The notes under the pieces were generated by a model. The model searched no databases, had not been told where the DNA came from, and saw nothing but the letters and a program-made list of their open reading frames with translations. Of a stretch of DNA of 64,000 nucleotides, positions 8,975 through 18,821 are shown in pieces; within the stretch, counting starts at the first letter, position 1; the number at the start of each line of letters is the position of its first letter. The stretch is from a virus (taxonomy: Duplodnaviria > Heunggongvirae > Uroviricota > Caudoviricetes), in IMG/VR virus record IMGVR_UViG_3300036884_000676. One strand, 5' to 3'. Made by a program: the position numbers and the translations under genes.

Positions 8975-10264
8975 TTAACGGACTAAGGATTTCTTAAACT
9001 GTGTTTTTTCGTCTTTAATCTTATTGAGTTCCTGATAAAGTCCCTCTCTCATTCTCAATAAATTATCGAATAAAAGTTTCAAACTCTTATCTGATTCCAA
9101 TAATGCTTTCTCATATTTTAATTCATCAATAGCGTTGGAATTGTCTATAATCTGGGCTTCAATGACTTTTTCTTTATCTTCTAAAGTTTTAATTTTCTTC
9201 ATTTCCTTTGAAAGTTTATTTTCGAAGAAATGTGTAACATCAAAATCTAATTCTTTACGAATTTCATTGATAAGTTCTGAAACTGATTCAAATTGATAGA
9301 ATGCACTTCCTGTTCTTGCGTCTTTTGAATATAGATACATATTGTCTTTATAATTGAATACAAAACATTCCAATGTCGGTTGTAACATATTATAAACCTT
9401 TAAAGCTATATCCAATTCAATTATATTTGAAATGTTTTCTTTAACAGCGTTTACCATAAGGAAGTAATCTTTCTTTAAGTAAGGAATAATTGGAGAAGCA
9501 AAAATACTTTCAAGAGTTGTTTCTGGATCTAATTTTTCTTCATTAACATATAAAGATTTATCATTTTTTGTTGAAATTCCTACTACAATATTTTCATCAA
9601 CCTTGATATTGAATCTATCTTTTTCAACTTCACCTAAGGTAAGAGCTTGCTCTAAAATTCTTAATTGTCTAACTCTATCTTCATCTTTTACATAATCTTC
9701 AACTAAAACTTGTCTAATTCCTTTGTCATCAATCATAAACCATCTATCTGCTATAAAGGCCATATAACCATTTTCAACTTTTTCTATTAAAGTGAATATT
9801 TTTTCACCTTTACCAGAATTTGACATATTTTGGACATCCAAAGGATTTTTTGTTAAATTCCATACAAATTTCTTTATTTCTGGCACCCAATCATAAAGTT
9901 TTAATTCATGTAAAATTTGTTCCATTCTGGTACTGTCATCTGGTAATTGGATGATTTCCAATATAACATTTAACGGATGACGATATAATTCACCACCATT
10001 GGTTCTTTCAACTCTCTTATAAAGGTCTTTTAATTCGTAAATAAGGTTAAAAGATTGAATTTCACCATCAACTGTTTCCAATAATGACTTCACATCTGTA
10101 TCATATGTATAAGGCATTAACCTCTCTTTTAAACCTTTTTGAATTTCTTTTTCTGAGAAATCATTAAAATTCAAAAGAAAAGATTCGATGATATTTGAAA
10201 TTTCTTCTTGTTCGAATACCAACTTTTGTTTAAATTCGAATAATTCCATTTTTAAATTTTTCAT
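8975..10264 (-). CDS. hypothetical late protein, C-terminal coiled coil
   Basis: 429-aa ORF; late promoter with upstream element at 10327-10360. Confidence 0.75.
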   Translation of the reverse strand: MKNLKMELFEFKQKLVFEQEEISNIIESFLLNFNDFSEKEIQKGLKERLMPYTYDTDVKSLLETVDGEIQSFNLIYELKDLYKRVERTNGGELYRHPLNVILEIIQLPDDSTRMEQILHELKLYDWVPEIKKFVWNLTKNPLDVQNMSNSGKGEKIFTLIEKVENGYMAFIADRWFMIDDKGIRQVLVEDYVKDEDRVRQLRILEQALTLGEVEKDRFNIKVDENIVVGISTKNDKSLYVNEEKLDPETTLESIFASPIIPYLKKDYFLMVNAVKENISNIIELDIALKVYNMLQPTLECFVFNYKDNMYLYSKDARTGSAFYQFESVSELINEIRKELDFDVTHFFENKLSKEMKKIKTLEDKEKVIEAQIIDNSNAIDELKYEKALLESDKSLKLLFDNLLRMREGLYQELNKIKDEKTQFKKSLVR

Positions 10265-10326
10265 ATTCTTTATTGTTATTTTTTAGCAATCTTTTACATT
10301 TTGAAAAAATTGAATACAATTCAAAC

Positions 10327-10360
10327 TTATATATTAAGTCTCACAGCTCATTTTTTTCCA
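10327..10360 (-). promoter_or_regulatory. late promoter with upstream element
   Basis: Minus strand TGGAAAAAAATGAGCTGTGAGACTTAATATATAA. Confidence 0.65.
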
Positions 10361-10398
10361 AATATTTTTTATTTGAAAAAAATTATCGTAATATTGCA

Positions 10399-10409
10399 TT
10401 AATATATAA
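10399..10409 (+). promoter_or_regulatory. late promoter motif
   Basis: TTAATATATAA about 21 nt before ORF 10431. Confidence 0.65.
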
Positions 10410-10430
10410 GGGAAAAGAAACACTTTCCCA

Positions 10431-10766
10431 ATGAAGTATCTTAAATCTTTTCTTCAACTAACAGAAAACATGGAAATCGAACCTCATAAAGTAACTAATT
10501 TATCAGTTGAACAACAAATGTTGTTAAATATTAATAGGTATAATGTAGAAGAAGTCGCTGAACGATATACGAGAAAGCAATTAGCAAAAACTATTGTCTA
10601 CACAACTTGTTATTCTGAATCTTTAATGAAGCAATATAAGGAATTTAAAACAAAAGAAGATATGGTTCTTTATATTATTGAATGGCTTGATGAATGTTTT
10701 GAAGATTTAGGATATGTTGAAGATTTAATTGAAACGATTGATAATTGTAATAACGGTACATATTAA
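10431..10766 (+). CDS. putative internal head protein (CTS-like N-terminus)
   Basis: Begins MKYLKSFLQLTE; late promoter. Confidence 0.6.
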   Translation: MKYLKSFLQLTENMEIEPHKVTNLSVEQQMLLNINRYNVEEVAERYTRKQLAKTIVYTTCYSESLMKQYKEFKTKEDMVLYIIEWLDECFEDLGYVEDLIETIDNCNNGTY

Positions 10767-11050
10767 TTATCTTCTTCCATATAATCTTCTATTTCAGGGA
10801 AACTTATTTCCTGAACATAATCATATACATTTCGAAGCTGTTCCAGAATATCATCTATTACATCTTCTCTGTCAAATATTTCGTTTTCTAAATCATATGG
10901 AACTGATCCACTTATAGCTTCAACATGCCAATTTGAATTTTTATAAATACGAATAACAAATTTATCAACAATATCATCTTCCTCTTCATGAAGTTTATCT
11001 TTTTCTTCATGTTCTTCAATGAAAACATAATAGATCTCGTCTTTATACAT
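10763..11050 (-). CDS. acidic hypothetical protein
   Basis: 95-aa ORF with TAAATATATA motif upstream. Confidence 0.65.
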   Translation of the reverse strand: MYKDEIYYVFIEEHEEKDKLHEEEDDIVDKFVIRIYKNSNWHVEAISGSVPYDLENEIFDREDVIDDILEQLRNVYDYVQEISFPEIEDYMEEDN

Positions 11051-11108
11051 ACACAGTTTCTTTTTTTAAACCATATATATTTAAAAATTCAGTCCAAAAT
11101 TGATAATT

Positions 11109-11366
11109 CTATTTTATTTTTAATACAGGTGGAATATAACTCAATATAACTACTGTTGATATTCCTGTTTCGTTGACTTGCGGTTTAATACTATATTCGT
11201 TGAATTTGTAGTTCATCCAACCATTACACTTCAAATAATTCAAAAGATTTCTAATGTTTAAATTTTCTGGTATATCAGATAGTTGAATTTTCATACGTTT
11301 TCCAAAGGGATCATCATCAATAATGATCGAACCGAAGTCTTTAAACCTCGATGAAGGACTACTCAT
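11109..11366 (-). CDS. hypothetical protein
   Basis: 85-aa ORF; late motif at 11421-11431. Confidence 0.55.
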   Translation of the reverse strand: MSSPSSRFKDFGSIIIDDDPFGKRMKIQLSDIPENLNIRNLLNYLKCNGWMNYKFNEYSIKPQVNETGISTVVILSYIPPVLKIK

Positions 11367-11450
11367 AAATTAATCATTTTTTTAGGATTTACACAAAAAT
11401 GTGTGTATAAGATATTTTCTTTATATATTAAATTTCAAATATTGTTTATT

Positions 11451-13214
11451 TTAATCTGGTGGAGGTGGTGCTTGTCCAGTAGTGAAATTTTTAATCACAC
11501 CATAAGAAAAACCGAATATATTTTGTGCATAAGCTACATAATAATATTTAGTACCAGACAATAATCCACTAATAGTTCCACTAAAATTAAGTGGGGCATT
11601 TCCAGTTCCACAACTCTTAACTGTTCCAGTGTAAACACCAAAAGAAGTAAGAGAATATTTCATTCCTAAATCTATTATAGATCCACCACCATTTGAAATT
11701 AAAGATCCAGTTAAAACAGCTGATGATGAAGTAACACTTGTAGAACCGATAGTTGCAACAGTTGGAGCAGGTGATGAGGAAGTTGTTATAGTTAATATAG
11801 ATCCATAACCTGTACCCAATGAATTAGTGGCAAAGGCTCTAACATAATAGATTGTCAATTGATTTAATCCCATCATAGTATCTGTATAAGATCCTATTCC
11901 TGTACTACCATCATAAACAACCGTATTATTCAATGTCGGGTTGTTCGTTGTAGAATAACAAATTCCACGAACAGTTGCCAATCCACCATCACTTGTCACA
12001 TTACAAGAGACTGTACAAGAATTATATCCCGGAGTTCCAGTTGATACAGTAGTGACACTTGGAATTGAATAAGTTGGGGGTGGAGGTGGAGGTGGTAATG
12101 GTTGTGGAACAACATTCTGTTGTAAATCCGTTGTAAAAGTTCCCTGAAATTCACTGATTAAAAAACCATTTTCAAAAATCCCATTTAACCACATTCCAGA
12201 AAAAAACATTCCAGATTTAAAAATTCCATTCATCCATAATCCGTCATACCAAAGTCCATTTTTCCAAATTGTTAATGAAGTAAAGGCATCTTCTGCACTT
12301 GTATTGAATACCCCACCATACCATTTTCCATAATTGAATAATCCTTTTTCGAAATGACCACCGAACCAAAATCCATTGTTAAATGTTCCGTCTTTCCAAT
12401 GAGTAACATTATGATCAACACTAGCTATAGTATTTCCACTACTATCAATATTAAGTCCAGACATAAATTGTCCATTTTCAAAAACACCATTATACCAAGT
12501 TGTTAGTGTTGTTGTTCCACTTTCAGTTCCAAATCTTGCTAATATATTAGTTTTTATTTGATTGAATGTTCCTGTTTTCCAAATACCTTTAAGAAAATCT
12601 CCACCGAAAAATCCACCACTCCACCATTCATAATTATCAAAATAACCATTATAAAACTTCCCGTTAACCCAATATGAATTTTTAACCGTACCATTATTGA
12701 ATACACCGTTCATCCAGACTGAATTTTTGAATAATCCATTATAGTAATTTCCATTATACCAATATGGACAATCAAGGGCCCCCGTTGTAACCTGTGTAGA
12801 TGTCATTCCAGAAACATTATTATCATTCCCAAAGATACCATTATGCCATTCACCGTTTAACCATTTACCGTTCAAAAACTGAGAATACATTTTATCTTCT
12901 TCAACAATCACAAATCTTTTTGTTAATATCATTGATTTATCCAATAAATAAGAAAACCAACGACCTTTTTTCCAAATTCCATCATGCCAAATTCCAGAAT
13001 ACCATGTACCATCTTCCCATTCTCCACAAATCCATTCTCCCATGTACCATACTAAACCATAATCATCCAAACCTAAAACAGCATTTCGGATGGAGGCATT
13101 TAATATCCAATTATATCTAACCTTTAATATTTCTATGGTTAAATCATCAGTCAATAAGATATTATTAACATTGTTTTCTATATTTACTATTTGAACTTTA
13201 AAAGCCATTCCCAA
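11451..13214 (-). CDS. virion protein with W/F-x-x-G repeats and two C-terminal FN3-like domains
   Basis: Many WxNG/FxNG pentamers; poly-Pro linker; YYVRAFATNSLGTGYGS and YYYVAYAQNIFGFSYG FN3 signatures. Confidence 0.7.
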   Translation of the reverse strand: MGMAFKVQIVNIENNVNNILLTDDLTIEILKVRYNWILNASIRNAVLGLDDYGLVWYMGEWICGEWEDGTWYSGIWHDGIWKKGRWFSYLLDKSMILTKRFVIVEEDKMYSQFLNGKWLNGEWHNGIFGNDNNVSGMTSTQVTTGALDCPYWYNGNYYNGLFKNSVWMNGVFNNGTVKNSYWVNGKFYNGYFDNYEWWSGGFFGGDFLKGIWKTGTFNQIKTNILARFGTESGTTTLTTWYNGVFENGQFMSGLNIDSSGNTIASVDHNVTHWKDGTFNNGFWFGGHFEKGLFNYGKWYGGVFNTSAEDAFTSLTIWKNGLWYDGLWMNGIFKSGMFFSGMWLNGIFENGFLISEFQGTFTTDLQQNVVPQPLPPPPPPPTYSIPSVTTVSTGTPGYNSCTVSCNVTSDGGLATVRGICYSTTNNPTLNNTVVYDGSTGIGSYTDTMMGLNQLTIYYVRAFATNSLGTGYGSILTITTSSSPAPTVATIGSTSVTSSSAVLTGSLISNGGGSIIDLGMKYSLTSFGVYTGTVKSCGTGNAPLNFSGTISGLLSGTKYYYVAYAQNIFGFSYGVIKNFTTGQAPPPPD

Positions 13215-13231
13215 TTTTTATTTTTATAAAG

Positions 13232-15799
13232 TTAATCATATACTAATGTCCACCCTTTCAATATAAGATTATTTCTTGATACCTGAGATATCGTAGTAAC
13301 ATGAGCATTAAGACCAGCTATTCCCATTCCCGATGTATTTATATACCCATTTAAAAGTCCATTGGAATCAAGTATGTTAAAGAATTTATCCACATCAACA
13401 AGATTATTATTACTCAAATCTAAATGGGTGAGATATAGTAATCCAGTAATATCAAAATCTGGTAAAATATTATTAGATAATGTCAGAGATGTTAGATTGT
13501 TTATATTCATCACATTAGAAATAAATATACCACCACCATTTACTGTTACTGATCTTAGATACTGTAAATCCCCTTGGAAGGTTATACCAAAGAAATTATT
13601 AGCGGAATATGTATGACTTCCTATGTAATAACCATTAAAAGTAATGGTTTCTAATCCATCCCCCCAATCTATATCCAATGTTGTTGGTGAGATACTTTGT
13701 AAGATATAATTAAACACCATTCCAATTGTTGCTTTGATCTTAAATGAAAACGATCCATATGCTGTCGTTCCAGTTGTACTTCCACTTGTTGCCCCCGTTA
13801 ATAAATCATATGTTATCACTAAATTTTCACTTAAAATTGGAATTGGTATTTTTGTGTGTTTATCAACACCAATCTCAATCAATTCTATTGGTTTGTAAAT
13901 TAAATTAGGATCATAACTAAAAGTTATATTTCCACCATTGTTCATTAAATTTTCAGGATTGTACATTTCCAGAACGAACTTATGATTATCGTCTTGAGTT
14001 AATAAAGCTGTAGTATTTTTCGTTATATTTATATCATTTTCGATAATTCTGGAATATGAAATACAAATATCTTTTCTTAAATCATCATCTTTAACTCTGT
14101 ACCAATCGTTTTCTTCATTCTTATAAACAGAATATAATAATTCCGATATTCCTGTCAGAGTATAAATACTATCTATACTTGTTATGGTTAATCCAGAATT
14201 ACTCTTATATGTTTCTATAATGAAATATTCATTTGGAACATAATCTACAATCAATGTTTTGTAAATTGAATTCAAATTAACAAAAGTATGATTTTTTAGA
14301 AAATACATATCAGATGGGTTTGTCGGTGTAATCTTCACATAAGTTCCTTTTGGATACATTCCTAAATATTCCGAACTTTGAATTTCATTAAAAGCTGTTA
14401 ATCCCGATGTAAATAATGTCAAATTAACATCACTCAAAAAAGAATACGAATTATTAAAAATAGTTGGATTTATCGAATTCAAATGTTCATATAATTTATA
14501 TTTCGAATAAGAATTAGTGGTAGAAAATGAATATTCAGTATAAGAAACTCCACTATAAATAATTTGTAATCCATCATAATCAAAATAATGATTATATTGA
14601 TAATAAGTTGGAGATACATTTAATGATGGATCGACATAAAAATATTTGGAGTGATAAGCTGAATTTAAAATAGTTTGGATATTACCTATTGTTGACCATT
14701 GAAGATTTGTAATTGTATATGAATAACCACTTAAATCAGTCAATAAATTATTTGGAATAGGATCTTTCAAAGACACATAATAATCAACTGAATTGTCTTT
14801 ACTTTTTATAAATGTATTGTAGAAAAGACTGGTATTTCCTGATATTTCAATTTGTACATAATCATTTAAATTTGTATTACTATAAAAATTCGAACTCACT
14901 TTAACAAAAGTATAAACTGATTCATTTGTAGCTGTTAACCACCATTCATCATATTTATTAAACATCGTACTTCCAGATGTAATTCCCGTATAAATAAATT
15001 TGGTTGTGTCTGGATCAAGTATTATAATATATTCGTTATCATGATATTTAATCACGACTTTATCACCATTATTAAGAACATTAGAAACATTGAATCCTGT
15101 ATAAAGAGAATAATTTAATGGATTCATGTGTCTTGCTATATCATAATCAGTGAAAATCAATTTAGGAATTGGTATTGTCGCCCCCAAATTATAATTGAAG
15201 AAATTTTTTATAATATAGGTTTTACCCGACATATAATCAGCTGATTGATATGATACTGGAAAATAATCCCCTACATTTTTTAAATGATATTCCTTGTGTT
15301 TATTATCACCCAGCTTGACATAACCTTTGTATCTAAATGTATTCCCCGAATCAGCCATAAAATCTGATCTAATTAAAAATCCTCTTTGGTCGACATTGTA
15401 TAATCCATTTTGGGTTTTATCTGATTGATTTACCAGAAGGACTTTATGTTTCGTCTTTAAATAAGCATTATCAATCGTATAATATCTTAGGGTCAAATCT
15501 AAACTCGATGTACTACATACATCAACACTATCCATATTGACCATGAAATTATTTATAATATCAAATTCATTATACATATTGTAAATACACCAATTCTTTC
15601 CGACCATTGGATTTTTATTATAAATATCATCGAGAGTATTAACATATTGATAGGTGATACCAGATAAACATTTTTGGTATTTAAAATAGTTATCTGGGAT
15701 ATAAGTTACCCCGCTCCAATAAGCATCTAATCTCTCTTCTCTCAACCAAGTGTCGCCATTCAAAGTCCAATCAAATTTGATGTTCCATATGTCTTTCAT
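13232..15799 (-). CDS. large virion/tail-associated protein
   Basis: TIDN..L....KVLLVNQSDKTQNGLY motif seen in phage fibre/baseplate proteins; IDWGDG and short LRR-like C-terminus; late promoter 15826-15836. Confidence 0.6.
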   Translation of the reverse strand: MKDIWNIKFDWTLNGDTWLREERLDAYWSGVTYIPDNYFKYQKCLSGITYQYVNTLDDIYNKNPMVGKNWCIYNMYNEFDIINNFMVNMDSVDVCSTSSLDLTLRYYTIDNAYLKTKHKVLLVNQSDKTQNGLYNVDQRGFLIRSDFMADSGNTFRYKGYVKLGDNKHKEYHLKNVGDYFPVSYQSADYMSGKTYIIKNFFNYNLGATIPIPKLIFTDYDIARHMNPLNYSLYTGFNVSNVLNNGDKVVIKYHDNEYIIILDPDTTKFIYTGITSGSTMFNKYDEWWLTATNESVYTFVKVSSNFYSNTNLNDYVQIEISGNTSLFYNTFIKSKDNSVDYYVSLKDPIPNNLLTDLSGYSYTITNLQWSTIGNIQTILNSAYHSKYFYVDPSLNVSPTYYQYNHYFDYDGLQIIYSGVSYTEYSFSTTNSYSKYKLYEHLNSINPTIFNNSYSFLSDVNLTLFTSGLTAFNEIQSSEYLGMYPKGTYVKITPTNPSDMYFLKNHTFVNLNSIYKTLIVDYVPNEYFIIETYKSNSGLTITSIDSIYTLTGISELLYSVYKNEENDWYRVKDDDLRKDICISYSRIIENDINITKNTTALLTQDDNHKFVLEMYNPENLMNNGGNITFSYDPNLIYKPIELIEIGVDKHTKIPIPILSENLVITYDLLTGATSGSTTGTTAYGSFSFKIKATIGMVFNYILQSISPTTLDIDWGDGLETITFNGYYIGSHTYSANNFFGITFQGDLQYLRSVTVNGGGIFISNVMNINNLTSLTLSNNILPDFDITGLLYLTHLDLSNNNLVDVDKFFNILDSNGLLNGYINTSGMGIAGLNAHVTTISQVSRNNLILKGWTLVYD

Positions 15800-15825
15800 T
15801 GTAGATTCAACAAGGTAATTTCTTT

Positions 15826-15836
15826 TTATATATTAA
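15826..15836 (-). promoter_or_regulatory. late promoter motif
   Basis: TTAATATATAA on the minus strand, divergent from the copy at 15879. Confidence 0.65.
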
Positions 15837-15878
15837 ATTAGTGTCTTTCCTTTTTAATAAGAAAAAACTATTTTTGAT

Positions 15879-15889
15879 TTAATATATAA
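15879..15889 (+). promoter_or_regulatory. late promoter motif
   Basis: TTAATATATAA about 25 nt before ORF 15915. Confidence 0.65.
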
Positions 15890-15914
15890 AAAGAAAAAAT
15901 CTACTTCCCCTGAC

Positions 15915-17021
15915 ATGATATATAATATACAAAATCAAATTGACTTATCAGGATTCTACATTGTCTATAATGGTGTTGTCGTAAATGAAAAAGAGGGAAC
16001 TTATGGAATATCTCATTTAATAGAACATTTAGTATGTAAAAACTGGAATGATGAATTTGTGGATTCATTAGAAAAAAACGGTATAACTTGGAATGCTTAT
16101 ACAACACCGAATAATATAGTTTTCTATATCAAAGGTTTAGATGATTATGTTTATAATTTCAAAAATGAATTTCTTCAAAAAATCACAAACTTCAAAATAA
16201 CTCCTGATGTTTTTAAAATAGAAAAAAATGTGGTTTTAGAGGAATATACCGACTTATTCAATAGGTATAATAAAAATCATTTTCTCAATTTATATAGAAA
16301 AGTACTAAACAACTATAATTCAGTTGGGAAAAAAGAGGACATAGAACAATTAACAATGGAAAAATGCTTAGAACATTATTCGCAGTTTTATAGTAATCCA
16401 TCTAAAATAATATACATATCAAAGAAATATAAAGAAGAAACAACAAATATAACCTTTGATGATAAGTCAAGTAAAAAAACTTTTAAATTAGGAACATATG
16501 ATTATACCTTAGAAACTCCTTTATTATCTGGAAATAAATCTTCTATTATTTACCTTTCTCCAATAATAAATGAAGATTTCGATAAGATAATATTCATCAA
16601 CTATCTTCTATCTGGAGGATTAAAATCTCCGTTATATAAAGCAATTAGAGAAAAAAATAGTTTGGCTTATTATATCAACTGTCGTATTGATCGTCTGGAT
16701 GATAAAGGAATCATAATTATTTCAACCGAAACGAGCGATGTTAATGTGGAAAAATTAAATGAAACTATAATCAATGTTTTTAAAGAAAGATCCTATTTAA
16801 CCAGAGAAAAATTTGAAAGTGTAAAAAATTTCATTAAAATCAGTTTGATAAAATCGAATATTAACTTACAAGACAATGAAGATAAATTCATTCTCCCCCA
16901 GAATTGGCTTATAGAAGATACAATCGACAAGTTAACTTATGAGGATATTATGGTGGCTTTTGATAAATATTTCAACATCAATGACTTCTATAAAAGTGTA
17001 AATAAAAATGAATTTTCTTAA
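15915..17021 (+). CDS. M16 (insulinase-family) zinc peptidase
   Basis: GISHLIEHL inverted HxxEH, NAYT, EKNVVLEE and IREKNSLAY. Confidence 0.9.
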   Translation: MIYNIQNQIDLSGFYIVYNGVVVNEKEGTYGISHLIEHLVCKNWNDEFVDSLEKNGITWNAYTTPNNIVFYIKGLDDYVYNFKNEFLQKITNFKITPDVFKIEKNVVLEEYTDLFNRYNKNHFLNLYRKVLNNYNSVGKKEDIEQLTMEKCLEHYSQFYSNPSKIIYISKKYKEETTNITFDDKSSKKTFKLGTYDYTLETPLLSGNKSSIIYLSPIINEDFDKIIFINYLLSGGLKSPLYKAIREKNSLAYYINCRIDRLDDKGIIIISTETSDVNVEKLNETIINVFKERSYLTREKFESVKNFIKISLIKSNINLQDNEDKFILPQNWLIEDTIDKLTYEDIMVAFDKYFNINDFYKSVNKNEFS

Positions 17022-17187
17022 ACTTTTGATACACAAAAAAATATATTAAATTGACCGTAAAAATTCAAAAAATCAGTTTTTTTTTATTAATATATAAGTT
17101 AAATATTTTTGTAGGCTTCAATGGTAAATTTTAGGGCATGGATTGAATGGGTTGAAAAATAATTTAAAAAAAATAAAAATTAGAAAA

Positions 17188-17349
17188 ATGTCAGAACAGC
17201 AAGAACAAAGAATATCCTTTGTATTAAAAAATTTCATAGAAGAAATATCCAAAGACCTAAAGCTCACAGAAGAACAAAAAACAGAATTAAAAAAAATGGC
17301 TATTGAGGATACAAATAAACTCTTTAACTATAGCTTGGAAATCAAGTAA
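17188..17349 (+). CDS. small hypothetical protein
   Basis: Likely start ATG 17188 (MSEQQEQR); late motif at 17087-17097. Confidence 0.5.
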   Translation: MSEQQEQRISFVLKNFIEEISKDLKLTEEQKTELKKMAIEDTNKLFNYSLEIK

Positions 17350-17350
17350 T

Positions 17351-17386
17351 TTTAATTTTTTTATGACAGAAATTTTCTTATATTTG
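17351..17386 (+). promoter_or_regulatory. host-RNAP (Bacteroidota-type) promoter
   Basis: T-rich upstream tract plus TATATTTG (TAnnTTTG) before infC. Confidence 0.6.
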
Positions 17387-17433
17387 TATTCAATTCCCAA
17401 AAAATAGAATCGGGAAGTAAAAATAATTTATAT

Positions 17434-17958
17434 ATGAACAAAAACAACAGAGAAAAAACAGAAAAAATCAATCATCAAATTACATCTCATTCAGTTAGAC
17501 TAATATTTACAGATGGAACTCAACCATATGTAACCACAACAACGGAAGCTTTACAATTGTCGAAAGACTTGGGTGTGGATCTAATTGAAATTTCACCAAC
17601 AGCAAACCCACCAGTTTGTAAAATGATGGATTACAATAAGTTCCTTTACGAAAAGAAACAAAAAGACAAAGAAAATCAGAAAAACAATAAAAAAATAAAA
17701 TTGAAAGAGATCCGTATGACTTATAATACGGGAGAACATGATTTCAATTTTAAATTAAATCATGCCATCAATTTTCTCAACGATGGTGATAAAGTTAAAG
17801 CCTTTATATTTTTCGCTGGCCGAGAGCTAAAATTCAAAGAAATCGGGGAATTATTATTGTTGAAATTCGTTGATGGACTTAAAGAAGTCGGAAAAATTGA
17901 AAATATGCCTAAACTGGATGGTAACAGATTGTGGGTCATAATCCAACCGAAAAAATAA
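17434..17958 (+). CDS. infC: translation initiation factor IF-3
   Basis: VRLI...EAL......DLIEISPTANPPVCKMMDYNKFLYE and KEIRM...GEHDFNFK....FL..GDKVK. Confidence 0.95.
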   Translation: MNKNNREKTEKINHQITSHSVRLIFTDGTQPYVTTTTEALQLSKDLGVDLIEISPTANPPVCKMMDYNKFLYEKKQKDKENQKNNKKIKLKEIRMTYNTGEHDFNFKLNHAINFLNDGDKVKAFIFFAGRELKFKEIGELLLLKFVDGLKEVGKIENMPKLDGNRLWVIIQPKK

Positions 17959-18011
17959 ACAAAACTGATTATATTTGATATATACTAATAGAAAATAATA
18001 ACCTATTGAAA

Positions 18012-18266
18012 ATGAATCGTTTTATTTTATTATTTGAGGAACTTATCAATACTATTTTTAACAAGAGAAAGAAATATATAGTGGAAATTGTTAAATATCA
18101 GGATGATAATGGTAATGATGTTCCTATTGGATCAATCACTCAGAACGAAAAACTCGTTGATAAATTTGAGACCTACACATATTCCAGAAGATTAGCCTAC
18201 AAGATCGGAAAAACTGTAAATGCCGTCAAATATGACGGAAAGTTCGACATCAGGATATATGAATAA
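18012..18266 (+). CDS. hypothetical protein (weak CTS-like start)
   Basis: MNRFILLFEELIN; GATATATAC motif upstream. Confidence 0.55.
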   Translation: MNRFILLFEELINTIFNKRKKYIVEIVKYQDDNGNDVPIGSITQNEKLVDKFETYTYSRRLAYKIGKTVNAVKYDGKFDIRIYE

Positions 18267-18297
18267 TTTTTTTATTCATGAAATTGTCGTATCTTTG
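18266..18297 (+). promoter_or_regulatory. early promoter
   Basis: AATTTTTTTATT...TCGTATCTTTG. Confidence 0.7.
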
Positions 18298-18314
18298 TCA
18301 AAAATTAAACAATC

Positions 18315-18806
18315 ATGAGAAATAATTGGTTCATACGATTACGAATACGATTTAGAAATTATAGAAGAAATGTCGCGAAAAAGATTGAGGGTCAAGATGT
18401 TCTGAATGTTGATCAGCAATTGGGATTTGACATCTTCAAAATAGCTCTACAAGATGAAGGAAATATTCGTTATTATGATGCACCAAATGGGGCCAATACC
18501 TCTCACATAAAATACATCGTAAGTAAAGAATACTTTCAAGGGAAAAAGGATGTAGATACTTTCATTATTTTTGATGACGCTCAGGATAGGGGTAAAATGA
18601 TTGTAGTAAATCACGAATATAAATACAATTTTGAATTTCCCAAGAGAACAACAAATATAATGAATGATATATTTGACGATACAGTAAGAAAAGACAGAAA
18701 GAGGATGAAAGAAGAAATTTTGGCTAACATTACCACAAGTCTTACTATTGTATTGACCAAACTTAAAGAAAAAATGTTGGAATCCAAAAAACCCCTACCT
18801 AAATAG
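18315..18806 (+). CDS. hypothetical early protein
   Basis: 163-aa ORF behind early promoter. Confidence 0.7.
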   Translation: MRNNWFIRLRIRFRNYRRNVAKKIEGQDVLNVDQQLGFDIFKIALQDEGNIRYYDAPNGANTSHIKYIVSKEYFQGKKDVDTFIIFDDAQDRGKMIVVNHEYKYNFEFPKRTTNIMNDIFDDTVRKDRKRMKEEILANITTSLTIVLTKLKEKMLESKKPLPK

Positions 18807-18821
18807 TACTTTCTCCAAGTA

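Noticed and set aside
11451-15799. Diversity-generating retroelement targeting the fibre-like genes
   Set aside because: No reverse transcriptase and no template/variable repeat pair seen in the window.
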